From: an uncultured Actinomycetota bacterium
GTDB taxonomy: Bacteria; Actinomycetota; Actinomycetes; Propionibacteriales; Nocardioidaceae
Assembly: GCA_963805685.1 (NCBI GenBank)
Contig: CAWDVM010000012.1
Span: 31,614-95,613 of the forward strand
DNA length: 64,000 bases
Reading direction: 5' to 3'
Part shown: in pieces, positions 1 to 11,005 of the stretch
Position numbering within the stretch: position 1 is the stretch's first letter
How the letters are laid out: each line of letters opens with the position of its first letter
The notes under the pieces: generated by a model
Databases searched by the model: none
The model's input: only the letters and a program-made list of their open reading frames with translations
What the model was told of the DNA's origin: nothing
Program-made: the position numbers and the translations under genes

Positions 1-1460
1 ATGATCGGGCTCCACCAGCGCGAGTCCCACTCGTGCTCGCGCGGCATCACGGCGTCGCCGTACTCCTCGAGCAGTCCGGCGTTGGACTCGTACCAGTGCG
101 GCCGCTCCCAGCCGGCGGTCTCGTAGAAGAACGCACCCAGCTTCTTCTGGGACTCGTGCATGGGCGCGAGGCGCTGGTCGCGGTCGGACTCGTACTGCTC
201 GGCCGGGTGGATGATCCCGTAGGTCTTGATGAACGCCTCGGTGGTCCGCAGCCGGGTGTGCTCGCGGCGCATCTGGTGCGGGTGGAAGCGGGCGATGTCG
301 CTCGCCGAGACGTCGATCTCGGAGTGGCCGTGGGTCATCCACTCCGCGACCGCGCGGCCGACGCCGGGGCCCTCCTTGATCCACACCGCGGAGGCGGTCC
401 AGAGCCCCTTGACCAGGCTCTCGCCCAGGATCGGGCTGCCGTCGCAGGTCAGCGAGAGCAGGCCGTTGATGGCGTAGCGCATCTCCGCGCCCTCGGCCCC
501 GAGCAGCTCGGGCATCAGCTCGTAGGCCTGCTCGAGCTGGGGGTCGAAGTCGTCGGAGGTGAACGGCATCTCGGTCGGCGACAGCTTGGCCTGCTCGATC
601 GAGGGGATGTCCTCCGGCTCGTGCAGGATCGCCCGGTGCGCGTAGGAGCCGACCTCCATGTCGGCGCCGTGCTGGCGCTCGTAGCAGAAGGTGTCCATGT
701 CCCGGACGATCGGGAAGGAGATCTCGCCCTCGCGCTCGGCGAGCTGCGGGCACGGGCCGACGCTGATCATCTGGTGCACGGCGGGCGTCAGCGGGATGCT
801 GATGCCGGCCATGTCGCCGATCTTGGGGCTCCAGACGCCGCACGCGATCACGACGGCCTCGGCCTCGATGTCGCCGCCGGTGGTGCGCACCCGCGTGATC
901 CTCCGACTGCCGCCCGGTCCCTCCTCGGTGTCGAGGCCGGTCACCTCCACGGTGGGTACGACGGTCAGCGCGCCGGTCGCCAGGGCGCTCTCGCGCATGA
1001 TCGTGCCCGCGCGCAGCGAGTCGACCACGCCGACGCTCGGGGTCCAGAAGGCGCCGATGAACTGGTCGGTCTCGATGAACGGGACCTTCTCCTTCACGAA
1101 CTCCGGGCTCACCAGCTCCGACTCGATGCCCCACGCCTTCGCGCTCGACATCCGCCGCCGCAGCTCCTCCATCCGCTCCGGCGTGCGGGCGAGCTCGAAG
1201 CCGCCGGACTGCGTGAAGACGCCCATCTCCTGGTACTGCCGCACCGAGTCGAGCGTCAGGTCCGTGATCTCCCGGGAGTGGTCCACCGGGAAGATGAAGT
1301 TGGACGCGTGACCGGTCGAGCCGCCGGGGTTGGGCAGCGCCCCCTTGTCGATCTGGACGATGTCGCGCCAGCCCAGCTGCGCCAGGTGGTGGACCAGGCT
1401 GTTGCCGACGATGCCGGCGCCGATGACGACCACCCGTGCGGTGGCGGGAACCTCTGCCAT
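1..1460 (-). CDS. GcvT-family FAD-dependent oxidoreductase (dimethylglycine oxidase/dehydrogenase-like), 3' end runs off the window
   Basis: Manual translation from ATG 1460: MAEVPATARVVVIGAGIVGNSL (GxGxxG FAD motif), GGSTGHASNF, YAINGLLSLTCDG, GWERPHWY. No stop before position 1; absent from the ORF track. Confidence 0.88.
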   Translation of the reverse strand, partial: MAEVPATARVVVIGAGIVGNSLVHHLAQLGWRDIVQIDKGALPNPGGSTGHASNFIFPVDHSREITDLTLDSVRQYQEMGVFTQSGGFELARTPERMEELRRRMSSAKAWGIESELVSPEFVKEKVPFIETDQFIGAFWTPSVGVVDSLRAGTIMRESALATGALTVVPTVEVTGLDTEEGPGGSRRITRVRTTGGDIEAEAVVIACGVWSPKIGDMAGISIPLTPAVHQMISVGPCPQLAEREGEISFPIVRDMDTFCYERQHGADMEVGSYAHRAILHEPEDIPSIEQAKLSPTEMPFTSDDFDPQLEQAYELMPELLGAEGAEMRYAINGLLSLTCDGSPILGESLVKGLWTASAVWIKEGPGVGRAVAEWMTHGHSEIDVSASDIARFHPHQMRREHTRLRTTEAFIKTYGIIHPAEQYESDRDQRLAPMHESQKKLGAFFYETAGWERPHWYESNAGLLEEYGDAVMPREHEWDSRWWSPI

Positions 1461-1499
1461 GAGCCTCTCCCGAGGTCAGTAGTCGATAGGTGCTGTTGT

Positions 1500-1516
1500 G
1501 TTGCGCCATACGCAAC
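1500..1516. promoter_or_regulatory. 17-bp palindromic operator GTTGCG-N5-CGCAAC (putative IclR site)
   Basis: GTTGCGCCATACGCAAC, 40 bp upstream of the oxidoreductase start; related copies at 9149, 9168, 10062, 12532 and 18614. Confidence 0.65.
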
Positions 1517-1622
1517 CTGATGCGTGATGCGAGACACCTCTAGAATCACTCGTGCCCGGCCGGGGTGTCAATGGCCCGGCCGGGCACGAGTGCGTGTGGG
1601 GCCCGGGGCCCGGGTCAGGTGC

Positions 1623-2636
1623 TCAGGACGACGACGACGCGCCGGTGCCCTGGAGCCAGGCGTCCACCTTGTCCGGGTTGGCGTCCACCCACTTCTTGGC
1701 GGCGTCGTCGGGCGACATGCCGTCCTGGCCGATGTAGCTCGAGACCAGGTTCTGGTCCTCGTTCGTCCAGTTGAAGTTCTTGATCAGGTCGACGGCCGGC
1801 GAGCCGGACTCCGCGAAGTCCGTCGAGATGAGCTTGTTGAGGTGGTACGGCGGGTAGTCGCAGTCCACCTTGGCCGGGTCGGCGTCACAGCCCTTGGTGT
1901 AGGGCGGCAGCTTCACGTGGGCGATCTGGATCGGGTCCTTGACCCCCGGCGTGGACTGGCCGTCGACCTCGGCGTACCACTGGGGGGTGTAGAAGTAGGC
2001 CAGCAGCGGCGTCTTGTTCTCCTGCGCGGACCGGAAGCTCTGCAGCAGAGCGGCCTCGCTACCCCCGACCACGACCTGGTAGTTCAGGTCGAGGTTCTTC
2101 ACCAGGGCCTCGTCGTTGGTCACGTACGACGGGTCGCCGTCGAGCAGCTGACCCTGGTCGCCGGACTCCGAGGTCTTGAACATGTCGGCGTACTTGTTGA
2201 GGTTCTTCCAGTCGGTGATGTCGGGGTACTTGTCGGCCATCCACTGCGGCACGAACCAGCCGATGATGCCCTCGTTGCCCGTCAGGCCGGCGTCCTGCAC
2301 GGTGCCCTGCTCGTCGATGTACTTCTTGACCAGGGACTCGTGGCCCCAGTTCTCGACGATGGTGTCGATGGAGCCGTCGGCCATGCCCTGCCAGCCGACC
2401 TCCTCCTTGACGTCGGGGTAGGTCACGTTGCAGCCGAGCCTGGTCTGCGCCACGTAGCCGATGACGTGTGCGTTGGAGACGTAGCCCGTCCACGGGTTCA
2501 CCGCGATGTTCAGGTCTCCACAGTCCCCGCTGCCCGAGGAGGACTCCTTGATGTCGCTTCCCCCACAAGCCGAGAGCGCGAGGCCCACGACGGCGGCAAG
2601 GACGACGAGCCGGGTGCGGCGTAGTGCTCGTGCCAT
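1623..2636 (-). CDS. Glycine betaine/choline ABC transporter substrate-binding lipoprotein (OpuAC/ProX family)
   Basis: Lipobox LALSAC, DTIVENW, YFYTPQW; last gene of an ABC operon following betA. Confidence 0.88.
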   Translation of the reverse strand: MARALRRTRLVVLAAVVGLALSACGGSDIKESSSGSGDCGDLNIAVNPWTGYVSNAHVIGYVAQTRLGCNVTYPDVKEEVGWQGMADGSIDTIVENWGHESLVKKYIDEQGTVQDAGLTGNEGIIGWFVPQWMADKYPDITDWKNLNKYADMFKTSESGDQGQLLDGDPSYVTNDEALVKNLDLNYQVVVGGSEAALLQSFRSAQENKTPLLAYFYTPQWYAEVDGQSTPGVKDPIQIAHVKLPPYTKGCDADPAKVDCDYPPYHLNKLISTDFAESGSPAVDLIKNFNWTNEDQNLVSSYIGQDGMSPDDAAKKWVDANPDKVDAWLQGTGASSSS

Positions 2637-2688
2637 TCCTCTGTTCCTCTCTTCGCCCCCCACACCGTCCGCGCAGGGGAAGTCTGTG

Positions 2689-4825
2689 TCACCGCCCGTA
2701 GCGGGCTGCGGCGTACCGTGCGATCCGGTCGAGCATCACGCCCATCGCAGCGATCGCGATGCCCGGCTGCCAGCCCCTTGCCGAACAGCTCGACCTGCGA
2801 GAACCCCGAGACCACGATGTAGCCGAGGCTGCCGCCGCCGACCATGCCGCCGATGACCACCATCGACAGCACGTAGAGCAGTCCCTGGTTGGTCGCCAGC
2901 ACCAGCGCCTCCCGCGACATGGGCAGCTGGACCTTGGTGATCATCTGCCAGGCGGTGCTGCCGTTCGCCCGGGCGGCCTCGACGGTCGTCGGCGAGACCC
3001 CCCGGATGCCGTCGGCCACGAGCTTCGTCGCGATGGGCACGGCGTACGCCGTCGCTGCGACGATCGCGGTGAACCGGCTGGCGGTGAACAGGGCCAGGGC
3101 CGGCACCAGGTAGACGAAGGGCGGGATCGTCTGGAAGGCGTCCAGGAACGGCCGGATCGACATGTCGGCCTTGCGGTTGCGACCCATCGCGACGCCGAGC
3201 ACCACGGCGATCAGCATCACCAGCGCGGTCGCGATCAGGGTCATCGACAGCGTGACCATGGAGTCGTGCCACAGGCCGGTGGCGTAGATGATCGCCAGGC
3301 ACACGAGGGTGATCACGGTCGGACGCCAGCCACCCAGGATCGCGGCCACCGCGAGCAGCACGATCGCCATCGTCCACCACGGCGACTCTGCGAGCAGGTC
3401 CTGGAAGGGGTTGAGGATCCAGTTCGTCACGTCGTCCTTCAGGGCGATGGTGAACGAGTCGACGTGGCTCACGAACCAGTCGGTGAAGTCGTTGATGGAC
3501 TTGGTGAGCTGGGGCCCGCTGAACCACTTCAGGACAGGCGTGTCACTCACGTCCGGGAAGTCAGCGAGGTTGATGCGCTGGCGTGAGAGCACGATCGCGA
3601 CGAGGACCGGGATGAACAGCGCGCCGTTGATCAGCCAGTGGCCGGCCGTGGTGAGCCGCGGCCGCCGCTGGCCCTTGCCGGCCTCCTCGGTGGCCCAGCG
3701 CGGCAGGTGCTCGAGCACGACCCCGGAGAGCATGACGCCGGGGCCGCTGACCGAGGCCACGTTCGAGCGGCCACGGTTGGCTCCCCGCTCGCTCGCCGCC
3801 GTCGTGGTCCGGTCCAGCATGATCGCCATCGCCACGATCGCGAGGCCGGCCACCGAGGCGGCGCCGACGTTCTGGATCTGGAGAGCGGCCACGACGGGCT
3901 TGCCGAGACCGGGGCCGTTGACCAGCGCGGCGATCGTGGCCATGGACAGCGCCGCCATCGTGCACTGGTTGATGCCGACCACGATGGTCCGCTTGGCCAT
4001 CGGCAGCTGCACCTGGCGCAGCATCTGGCGCCGGGTCAGCCCCATGGACTCGGCCGCCTCGATCGTGGTGGACGACACCGAGCGGATGCCGTGCTCGGTG
4101 ATCCGGACGACCGGCGGCAGCGCGTAGATGAACGTGAGGATGACCGCCGTGCCCGCCCCGATGCCGAAGAACAGCGCCAGCGGGGCGAGGTAGCAGAACG
4201 CCGGCACCGTCTGCATCAGGTCGAGCACGGGCGTGATGCCGGCGGAAGCCACCTTGTTGCGCGCCATCAGGATCCCGGTCGGGATGCCGATGACGATGCA
4301 GAAGACGACCGACAGCAGGGTGATGATCAGCGTGTCCATGCTGTCGGGCCACAGGCCGACGACGCCGAAGGAGAGCATCGCCAGGGTCACCAGGATCGTC
4401 GACCGGACCCCGGCGATCACGTAGGTCACCCAGACGGCGATCGCGATCACGCCCAGCCAGCCGATCTCGGGGACCGGTCGTGGGAAGGCCGGGATGGCGA
4501 TGAGCTCCTGGAAGAACGTCACCATCGAGGTCATGGTGTCGCCGATCCAGCCGAGCACGCCCCCGAAGAACCAGTTGTCCTGCCCCTCCAGCTGCACCCA
4601 GTCCCGGGCCTCGTTGAACTTGTCGTGGAGCTCGGTCGTGTCCTGGAAGCCGAGGGCCTTGGTCCACTCGCCCTTCCAGAGCTGGTAGCAGACCAGCCAG
4701 AAGACGAGGACTCCCAGCAGCTTCCATCCGGTGTGCCGCTTGCGGCCCAGCTCGACGTACGGCTGCTGCTCCTTCGAGGTGGTCGGAGCCGGAGGCCCGC
4801 CCGGGGGGAGTGTCGTGGTGGCCAT
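2689..4825 (-). CDS. Glycine betaine ABC permease, fused double ProW/OpuAB domain; +1 frameshift near 2762
   Basis: Two permease repeats (LDLMQTVPAFCYL / LDAFQTIPPFVYL; EAAESMG / EAARANG). Removing one base at ~2762 gives GLAAGIAIAAMGVMLDR...GR* ending at 2689. Confidence 0.85.
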
Positions 4826-5916
4826 CAGTCCTCGTCCTCCGCGACCACGACCCGCAGGATGTCCTGGTCGTCGACCACCCCGACCAGCTTGTCGCCCTCG
4901 ACCACGCGGCACGGGCCGTGGTGGTCCAGGACCGCCCGGGCGGCGTCGCGCACGATCTGGTCGGACTGGAGGACGGGACCGTCCAGCTCCTGGCCGTTCG
5001 GCTGGCGCATGACCCACTTCAGGGTGAGCACGTGGGACTTCGGCACGTCGCTGACGAAGTCGCGCACGTAGTCGTCGGCCGGGGCACCGACCACCTCGTC
5101 GGGCGTGCCCATCTGCACGACCGCGCCGTCGCGCATGATGAGGATCCGGTCACCGAGCTTGAGCGCCTCCGCGAGGTCGTGGGTGATGAACACCATCGTC
5201 TTGCCGACCTCTTCGTGCAGCCGGATGACCTCCAGCTGCATGTCCCGGCGGATCAGCGGGTCGAGGGCCGAGAACGGCTCGTCGAACATCATGATCTCGG
5301 GGTCCGACGCCAGCGCCCGGGCCAGTCCGACACGCTGCTGCATGCCGCCCGACAGCTGGTCGGGGAAGTTGTTCTCGTAGCCGCTGAGGCCGACCAGGTC
5401 GATCATCTCCTGGGCGCGGTTGCGCCGGTCGCCCTTGTGCTCGCCGCGGACCTCGAGGCCGAAGGCGATGTTGTCGACGACCTTGCGGTGCGGCAGCAGC
5501 CCGAAGTGCTGGAAGACCATGGAGACCTTGCGCCGCCGGGTCTCGAGCAGGTGCCGCTCGGACATCGCGGTGACGTCCTCGCCGTACAGCTCGATGGTGC
5601 CGGCGGTGGGCTCGATCAGCCGGGTCAGCAGGCGCACCAGGGTCGACTTCCCGGACCCGGACAGGCCCATCACGACGAAGACCTCACCGGGCGCGACGTC
5701 GAAGGAGACGTCGCGGACGCCGATGACGTGGCCGGTCTTCTCCTGCAGCTCCTTGCGCGACAGCTGGGCGTCCTCGGAGGCCATGATCTTGTCGGCCCGG
5801 GGGCCGAAGATCTTCCAGAGTCCCTCCACGTGGACCGCGGGGGTCTCGCCGGTCCGGTCGACCGTGGTCGCGGACGGCTGGGCGGGCTGAGCAGGAGGGG
5901 TGGTCGAGGTGGTCAT
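4825..5916 (-). CDS. Glycine betaine ABC transporter ATP-binding protein (ProV/OpuAA)
   Basis: Walker [40 protein letters not shown]. Confidence 0.93.
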   Translation of the reverse strand: MTTSTTPPAQPAQPSATTVDRTGETPAVHVEGLWKIFGPRADKIMASEDAQLSRKELQEKTGHVIGVRDVSFDVAPGEVFVVMGLSGSGKSTLVRLLTRLIEPTAGTIELYGEDVTAMSERHLLETRRRKVSMVFQHFGLLPHRKVVDNIAFGLEVRGEHKGDRRNRAQEMIDLVGLSGYENNFPDQLSGGMQQRVGLARALASDPEIMMFDEPFSALDPLIRRDMQLEVIRLHEEVGKTMVFITHDLAEALKLGDRILIMRDGAVVQMGTPDEVVGAPADDYVRDFVSDVPKSHVLTLKWVMRQPNGQELDGPVLQSDQIVRDAARAVLDHHGPCRVVEGDKLVGVVDDQDILRVVVAEDED

Positions 5917-7628
5917 GAGCGGTCCTCCGAGTTGCGGCTGTCGCCGGGCGGATAGAGGGGGGTGCCGTCGCGGAAGCGGTAGTACGGCACGTCGGCGGCC
6001 GGGAGCGGGGTGTTGCCCGCGATCAGGTCGGCGGCCTTCTCGGCGACCATCATCACGGGGGCGTAGATGTTGCCGTTGGTGACGAACGGGAAGACCGAGG
6101 CGTCGACGACACGCAGCCCCTCGGTGCCGTGGACCCTCATGGTGGCGGGGTCGACGACCGCCGCCTCGTCCACGCCCATCTTGGCCGTGCAGGAGGGGTG
6201 CAGGGCGGTCTCGGCGTCATGGCGCACCCACGCGAGGATCTCGTCGTCGGTGCTGACCGACGGGCCGGGAGACAGCTCGCCGTCGTTGTACGGCGCGAAC
6301 GCCGGCTGGTTGAGGATGCTGCGGGCGACCCGGACCGCCTCCACCCACTCCCGACGGTCGTTGGGCGTCGAGAGGTAGTTGAACTGCATCGAGGGGTGCA
6401 CCCGCGGGTCGCGCGACCGGATCCGCACCCAGCCCCGGGTGTCGGCGTACATCGGGCCGATGTGGACCTGGTAGCCGTGCCCCTTCGTCGGGGACGTGCC
6501 GTCGTACCGGATCGCGACCGGCAGGAAGTGGAACATCAGGTTGGGGTAGTCCACGTCCTCGTTGCTGCGAGCGAAGCCGCCACCCTCGAAGTGGTTGGTG
6601 GCGCCGAGCCCGGAGCGGTGGAACAGCCAGTCGTAGGCGATCTTGGGCCGGGCCCGCCAGCGCAGGCCGGGGGCGATCGAGACCGGCTGCTTCGAGGCGT
6701 ACTGGATGTAGACCTCGAGGTGGTCCTGGAGGTTCTCGCCGACCCCGGGCAGGTGGTGGACGACCTCGACGCCCTGGTTGCGCAGCAGCGTCTCGTCGCC
6801 GACGCCGGAGAGCTGCAGCAGCTGCGGGGTGTTGATGGCGCCGCCGCAGAGGATCACCTCGCCGGCGGTCACGCTGCGGTGCAGCCGGCCGCCGCGCACG
6901 TAGTCGACCCCGACCGCCCGCTTGCCCTGGAAGCGCACCCCGGTGACGAACGCCAGCGTCTCGACCCGGAGGTTCTTCCGGGCGCGGACCGGGTGCAGGT
7001 AGGCCCGGGCCGCCGAGAGCCGGCGACCCCGGTGGACGTTGCGGTCGAACCTGGCGAACCCCTCCTGGCGGTAGCCGTTGACGTCGTCGGTCAACGGGTA
7101 GCCCGCCTCCTGCGCGGCCTGGAAGAACGCCCCGAAGAGCGGGTTGGTCGCCGGACCGCGCTCGACCACCAGCGGACCGGAGCCGCCGCGCCAGTCGTCG
7201 GAGCCGTTCGCGCCGTCCTGGAGGAGGACGGTCTCCATCTTCTTGAAGTAGGGCAGGCAGTGCAGGTAGTCCCAGGCCTCCATGCCCGGTTCGCGTGCCC
7301 AGCGCTCGTAGTCCATCGGGTTGCCCCGCTGGAAGATCATCCCGTTGATGCTGCTCGACCCGCCGAGGACCTTGCCGCGGGCGTGGAAGATGCGCCGGCC
7401 GTTCATCTGCGGCTCGGGGTCGGTCTCGTACTTCCAGTCGTAGAGGCGGTTGCCGATCGGGATCGGGAGCGCGGCGGGCATGTGGATGAAGGGGTCCAGC
7501 TTCAGGTCGGAGCGGCCCGCCTCGAGCACGAGCACGCGGGTGCCGGGGTCGGCGGAGAGCCGGTTCGCCAGGGCACAGCCCGCGGACCCACCGCCCACGA
7601 TGACGACGTCGTACCTGTCGTCGCTCAT
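5913..7628 (-). CDS. betA: Choline dehydrogenase (GMC oxidoreductase)
   Basis: [52 protein letters not shown]; adjacent to an aldehyde dehydrogenase and betaine ABC genes. Confidence 0.93.
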   Translation of the reverse strand: MSDDRYDVVIVGGGSAGCALANRLSADPGTRVLVLEAGRSDLKLDPFIHMPAALPIPIGNRLYDWKYETDPEPQMNGRRIFHARGKVLGGSSSINGMIFQRGNPMDYERWAREPGMEAWDYLHCLPYFKKMETVLLQDGANGSDDWRGGSGPLVVERGPATNPLFGAFFQAAQEAGYPLTDDVNGYRQEGFARFDRNVHRGRRLSAARAYLHPVRARKNLRVETLAFVTGVRFQGKRAVGVDYVRGGRLHRSVTAGEVILCGGAINTPQLLQLSGVGDETLLRNQGVEVVHHLPGVGENLQDHLEVYIQYASKQPVSIAPGLRWRARPKIAYDWLFHRSGLGATNHFEGGGFARSNEDVDYPNLMFHFLPVAIRYDGTSPTKGHGYQVHIGPMYADTRGWVRIRSRDPRVHPSMQFNYLSTPNDRREWVEAVRVARSILNQPAFAPYNDGELSPGPSVSTDDEILAWVRHDAETALHPSCTAKMGVDEAAVVDPATMRVHGTEGLRVVDASVFPFVTNGNIYAPVMMVAEKAADLIAGNTPLPAADVPYYRFRDGTPLYPPGDSRNSEDRS

Positions 7629-7658
7629 GCACCCTCCTCCTGGATCAGCCCCCGAGAG

Positions 7659-9128
7659 CTAGCCGTGGAACCAGCCCTGGACGGCTGGACGAATGTTGTG
7701 CCACACGTGCTTGGTCTCGCGGTACTCCTCCAGGCCGGCGCTGCCGAGCTCCCGACCGATGCCGGACTGCTTGTAGCCGCCCCACTCGGCCTGCGGCACG
7801 TAGGGGTGGTAGTCGTTGATCCAGACCGTGCCCATCCGCAGCCCGGCCGCGACGCGCTCGGCCCGGCCCGCGTCCCGGGTCCACACGGCACCGGCGAGGC
7901 CGTAGATGCTGTCGTTGGCGATCGCGACCGCCTCGTCCTCGGTGCGGAAGGTCTCCACGGTGAGCACGGGCCCGAAGGACTCGTCCTGGGTCACCGACAT
8001 CGCGCTGGTGCAGCGGTCCAGGACGGTCGGCAGGTAGTAGAAGCCGTCGGCCAGGGCGGGGTCGTCCGGGCGGGCTCCGCCGCACCGGAGCACGGCGCCC
8101 TCCGCGAGCCCGGCGGCGACGTACCGCTCGACCTTCTCGCGGTGCTCGCCGCTGGTGAGCGGACCGGTCTCCGCCTTGTCGTCGAAGGGGCCGCCGAGCC
8201 GGATCCGGCCGGCGCGCTCGACGACGGCGTCGACGAACTCGTCGTGGATCGACTCCTCGACCAGCAGCCGGGCCCCGGCCGAGCAGACCTGGCCGGAGTG
8301 CAGGAAGACCGCGGTGAGCGCGAAGTCCAGCGCCACCTCGAGGTCGGCGTCGGCGAAGACGATGTTGGGGTTCTTGCCGCCGAGCTCCAGCGCCACCTTC
8401 TTCACGCTGCCGGCCGCGGCGGCCATGATCGCCTTGCCCGTGGCCAGCCCCCCGGTGAACGACACCAGGTCGACCCGGGGGTCCGCCGAGAGCGGGGCAC
8501 CGGCGGCCGCACCCGCGCCGAGCACCAGGTTCCCGACGCCGGCGGGGAGGCCGGCCTCCTCCAGCAGCCGCATCAGGTGGATCGCGCTGTGCGGGGTGAT
8601 CTCGCTGGGCTTGAGCACGAACGTGTTGCCGGCCGCGAGGCAGGGCGCGACCTTCCAGGAGACCTGGAGGAGCGGGTAGTTCCACGGCGTGATCAGGCCG
8701 CAGACGCCGACCGGCTCGTGCACGATCTTGCTGACCACGTCGGGGTTCCCGGTGTCGACGACCCGGCCGGACTCCTCCGCGGCCACCCGCCCGTAGTGGC
8801 GGAAGACCGAGACCACGTCGGCGACGTCGTACTCACCCTCGACGAGGCGCTTGCCGGTGTCGCGGGACTCGAGCTCGGCGACGACGGCGGTGTCGCGCTC
8901 CAGCAGGTCGGCCAGGCGCAGCAGCAGGTCACCGCGCTCCCGCGCGGACGTGCGCGGCCAGGGTCCCTCGTGGAAGGCCCGGTGGGCGGCGGCGATGGCG
9001 GCCGCGGTGTCCTCGGCCCCGGCTTCGTCCACCTCGGCGACCAGGCTCCCGTCGGCCGGGCACCGGATCTCGCGGCGCGCTCCCGAGCGCGCGTTCGTCC
9101 ACACCCCGTCGACGTAGAGCTCCGGCAT
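7659..9128 (-). CDS. betB: Betaine aldehyde dehydrogenase
   Basis: [30 protein letters not shown]; directly upstream of betA. Confidence 0.85.
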   Translation of the reverse strand: MPELYVDGVWTNARSGARREIRCPADGSLVAEVDEAGAEDTAAAIAAAHRAFHEGPWPRTSARERGDLLLRLADLLERDTAVVAELESRDTGKRLVEGEYDVADVVSVFRHYGRVAAEESGRVVDTGNPDVVSKIVHEPVGVCGLITPWNYPLLQVSWKVAPCLAAGNTFVLKPSEITPHSAIHLMRLLEEAGLPAGVGNLVLGAGAAAGAPLSADPRVDLVSFTGGLATGKAIMAAAAGSVKKVALELGGKNPNIVFADADLEVALDFALTAVFLHSGQVCSAGARLLVEESIHDEFVDAVVERAGRIRLGGPFDDKAETGPLTSGEHREKVERYVAAGLAEGAVLRCGGARPDDPALADGFYYLPTVLDRCTSAMSVTQDESFGPVLTVETFRTEDEAVAIANDSIYGLAGAVWTRDAGRAERVAAGLRMGTVWINDYHPYVPQAEWGGYKQSGIGRELGSAGLEEYRETKHVWHNIRPAVQGWFHG

Positions 9129-9148
9129 AGGCCACCCTCCGCACCTGC

Positions 9149-9184
9149 GTTGCGTCCTCCGCAACGAGTTCCATCAGTCGCAAC
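9149..9184. promoter_or_regulatory. Tandem pair of 17-bp putative IclR operators upstream of betB
   Basis: GTTGCGTCCTCCGCAAC (9149-9165) and GTTCCATCAGTCGCAAC (9168-9184). Confidence 0.6.
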
Positions 9185-9296
9185 CGTTGGAACATTCCGA
9201 GAATGCTGCGATCCCAGGTGTCACGTCAAGGACCTTCGGTCACACGTGACCAAGCTGAGGCACGCGGCGAGCCCCGGGAACGACGCCGGGTCGGCG

Positions 9297-10070
9297 TCAG
9301 CGATGGCCCCAGCCGAGGCGGTGCGAGACCTCCAGCGCCGCGTCGACCAGCTGCGGGAGCACCCCCTCGACCCGCTCGGGCGTCAGCCGGAAGGTGGGAC
9401 CGGAGACGCTCATCGAGGCGATGACGTCGCCGTGGGCGTTGCGGATCGGCGCCGCCGCGGCGGTGAGCCCGACCTCGAGCTCGTCCACGGCCACGGCGTA
9501 CCCCTGCTCGCGGACGAGCTTGATCTCCTCCCGCAGCCTGGACTTCCGGGTGATCGTGACCGCGGTGTAGCGCGACAGGCCGCCCAGCACCTCGTCCAGC
9601 GCCGCGTCGTCCAGCCCGCTGAGCAGCACCTTGCCGTTGCTGGTGGCGTGCAGCGGGATGTGCTGGCCCACCCAGTTGTGCGGCTGGAGGGCCGAGCTGC
9701 CCGCGACCTGGTCCAGGTAGAGCGCCGAGCTCTCCGAGAGCACCGCGATGTTCACGGTCTCCCCGGTGTCGGCGGCGAGCTGACGGCAGACCGGCCGGGC
9801 CTCCTGGACCAGGTCGAGCCGTGCGGTCGTGGCGCCGGCCAGGCGCAGGATCCCGACGCCGAGGCGGTACTTGCCCCGCTCGGCGGTCTGCTCGACGAGC
9901 CGGTGCGCCTCCAGCGTGGTCACCAGCCGGAAGGCGGTGCTCTTGTGGACGCCGAGCTCCGCGGCCACCTCGGTGACGCCGGCCTCGCCGATGCGGGCGA
10001 GCACCTCCAGGATGGTCAGCGCCCGGTCGACGGACTGGACCCCGCCGTTGGCGTCACCTGCGTTGCTCAT
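9297..10070 (-). CDS. IclR-family transcriptional regulator
   Basis: VQSVDRALTILE, HKSTAFRL, LHATSNGKVLL, SVSGPTFR. Operator-like GTTGCTCATGGCGCAAC overlaps its start (10062-10078). Confidence 0.93.
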   Translation of the reverse strand: MSNAGDANGGVQSVDRALTILEVLARIGEAGVTEVAAELGVHKSTAFRLVTTLEAHRLVEQTAERGKYRLGVGILRLAGATTARLDLVQEARPVCRQLAADTGETVNIAVLSESSALYLDQVAGSSALQPHNWVGQHIPLHATSNGKVLLSGLDDAALDEVLGGLSRYTAVTITRKSRLREEIKLVREQGYAVAVDELEVGLTAAAAPIRNAHGDVIASMSVSGPTFRLTPERVEGVLPQLVDAALEVSHRLGWGHR

Positions 10071-10106
10071 GGCGCAACGCTAGGCCGCACCACGCAACAC
10101 CGCCAG

Positions 10107-11000
10107 TCAGCGGAAGACGACGGTGCGGGTGCCGTTGAGCAGCACCCGGGACTCCGAGTGCCAGCGCACGGCCCGCGAGAGCACCTGCGCCTCGACGTCG
10201 CGGCCGGCCGCGACCAGCTGCTCCCGGGTGTGGTTGTGGTCGACCCGGATCACGTCCTGCTCGATGATCGGCCCCTCGTCGAGGTCGGCCGTGACGTAGT
10301 GGGCGGTCGCGCCGACCAGCTTCACGCCGCGGTCGTAGGCCTGGTGGTAGGGCTTGGCGCCCTTGAAGCTCGGCAGGAAGGAGTGGTGGATGTTGATGGC
10401 CCGGCCGCTCAGCTCACGGCACAGGTCGTCGGAGAGCACCTGCATGTAGCGGGCCAGGACGACCAGGTCGACGTCGTGCTCCTTCACCAGCCGCAGCAGC
10501 TCGGCCTCCGCCGCGGGCTTGGTCTCGGGCGTCACCGGGACGTGCGCGAAGTCCAGCCCGTAGGAGCGCACCAGCGCCTCGGCGTCGGGGTGGTTGGAGA
10601 CCACGACCGGGATGTCGATCTGCAGCGCGCCGGTGCTGTGCCGGAACAGCAGGTCGTTGAGGCAGTGCAGGTGCTTGCTGACCATGATCAGCGTGCGGTA
10701 CGGCGCGTTCGCGGCCCACAGCTCGTAGCGCATCCGGAAGTGCGCGGCGATCTCGGCGAAGTCGGCACGCAGCCGCTCGACCAGCGTCGGCCCCGCGGTC
10801 ACGAAGTCGATCCGCATGAAGAACCGGCCGGTGTCGACGTCCCCGAACTGCTGGCTCTCCAGGATGTTGCCGCCGTGCTCGAGCAGGAAGCCGGAGACGG
10901 CGTGCACGATGCCCGGGCGGTCGGGGCAGTCGAGGACCAGGACGAAGGCGCCGGCCGGCATGCTGGCGTTGGGCGAGACGGCGTTCGATGGGCTGGGCAC
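10107..11000 (-). CDS. purU: Formyltetrahydrofolate deformylase
   Basis: CPDRPGIVHAV ACT domain, LARYMQVLS, INIHHSFLPSFKGAKPYHQA. Start is GTG 11000 or ATG 10961. Confidence 0.93.
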   Translation of the reverse strand: MPSPSNAVSPNASMPAGAFVLVLDCPDRPGIVHAVSGFLLEHGGNILESQQFGDVDTGRFFMRIDFVTAGPTLVERLRADFAEIAAHFRMRYELWAANAPYRTLIMVSKHLHCLNDLLFRHSTGALQIDIPVVVSNHPDAEALVRSYGLDFAHVPVTPETKPAAEAELLRLVKEHDVDLVVLARYMQVLSDDLCRELSGRAINIHHSFLPSFKGAKPYHQAYDRGVKLVGATAHYVTADLDEGPIIEQDVIRVDHNHTREQLVAAGRDVEAQVLSRAVRWHSESRVLLNGTRTVVFR

Positions 11001-11005
11001 GGGCG

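Noticed and set aside
33-1520. 495-aa + strand ORF
   Set aside because: Antisense to the GcvT-family oxidoreductase, which has clear motifs on the minus strand.
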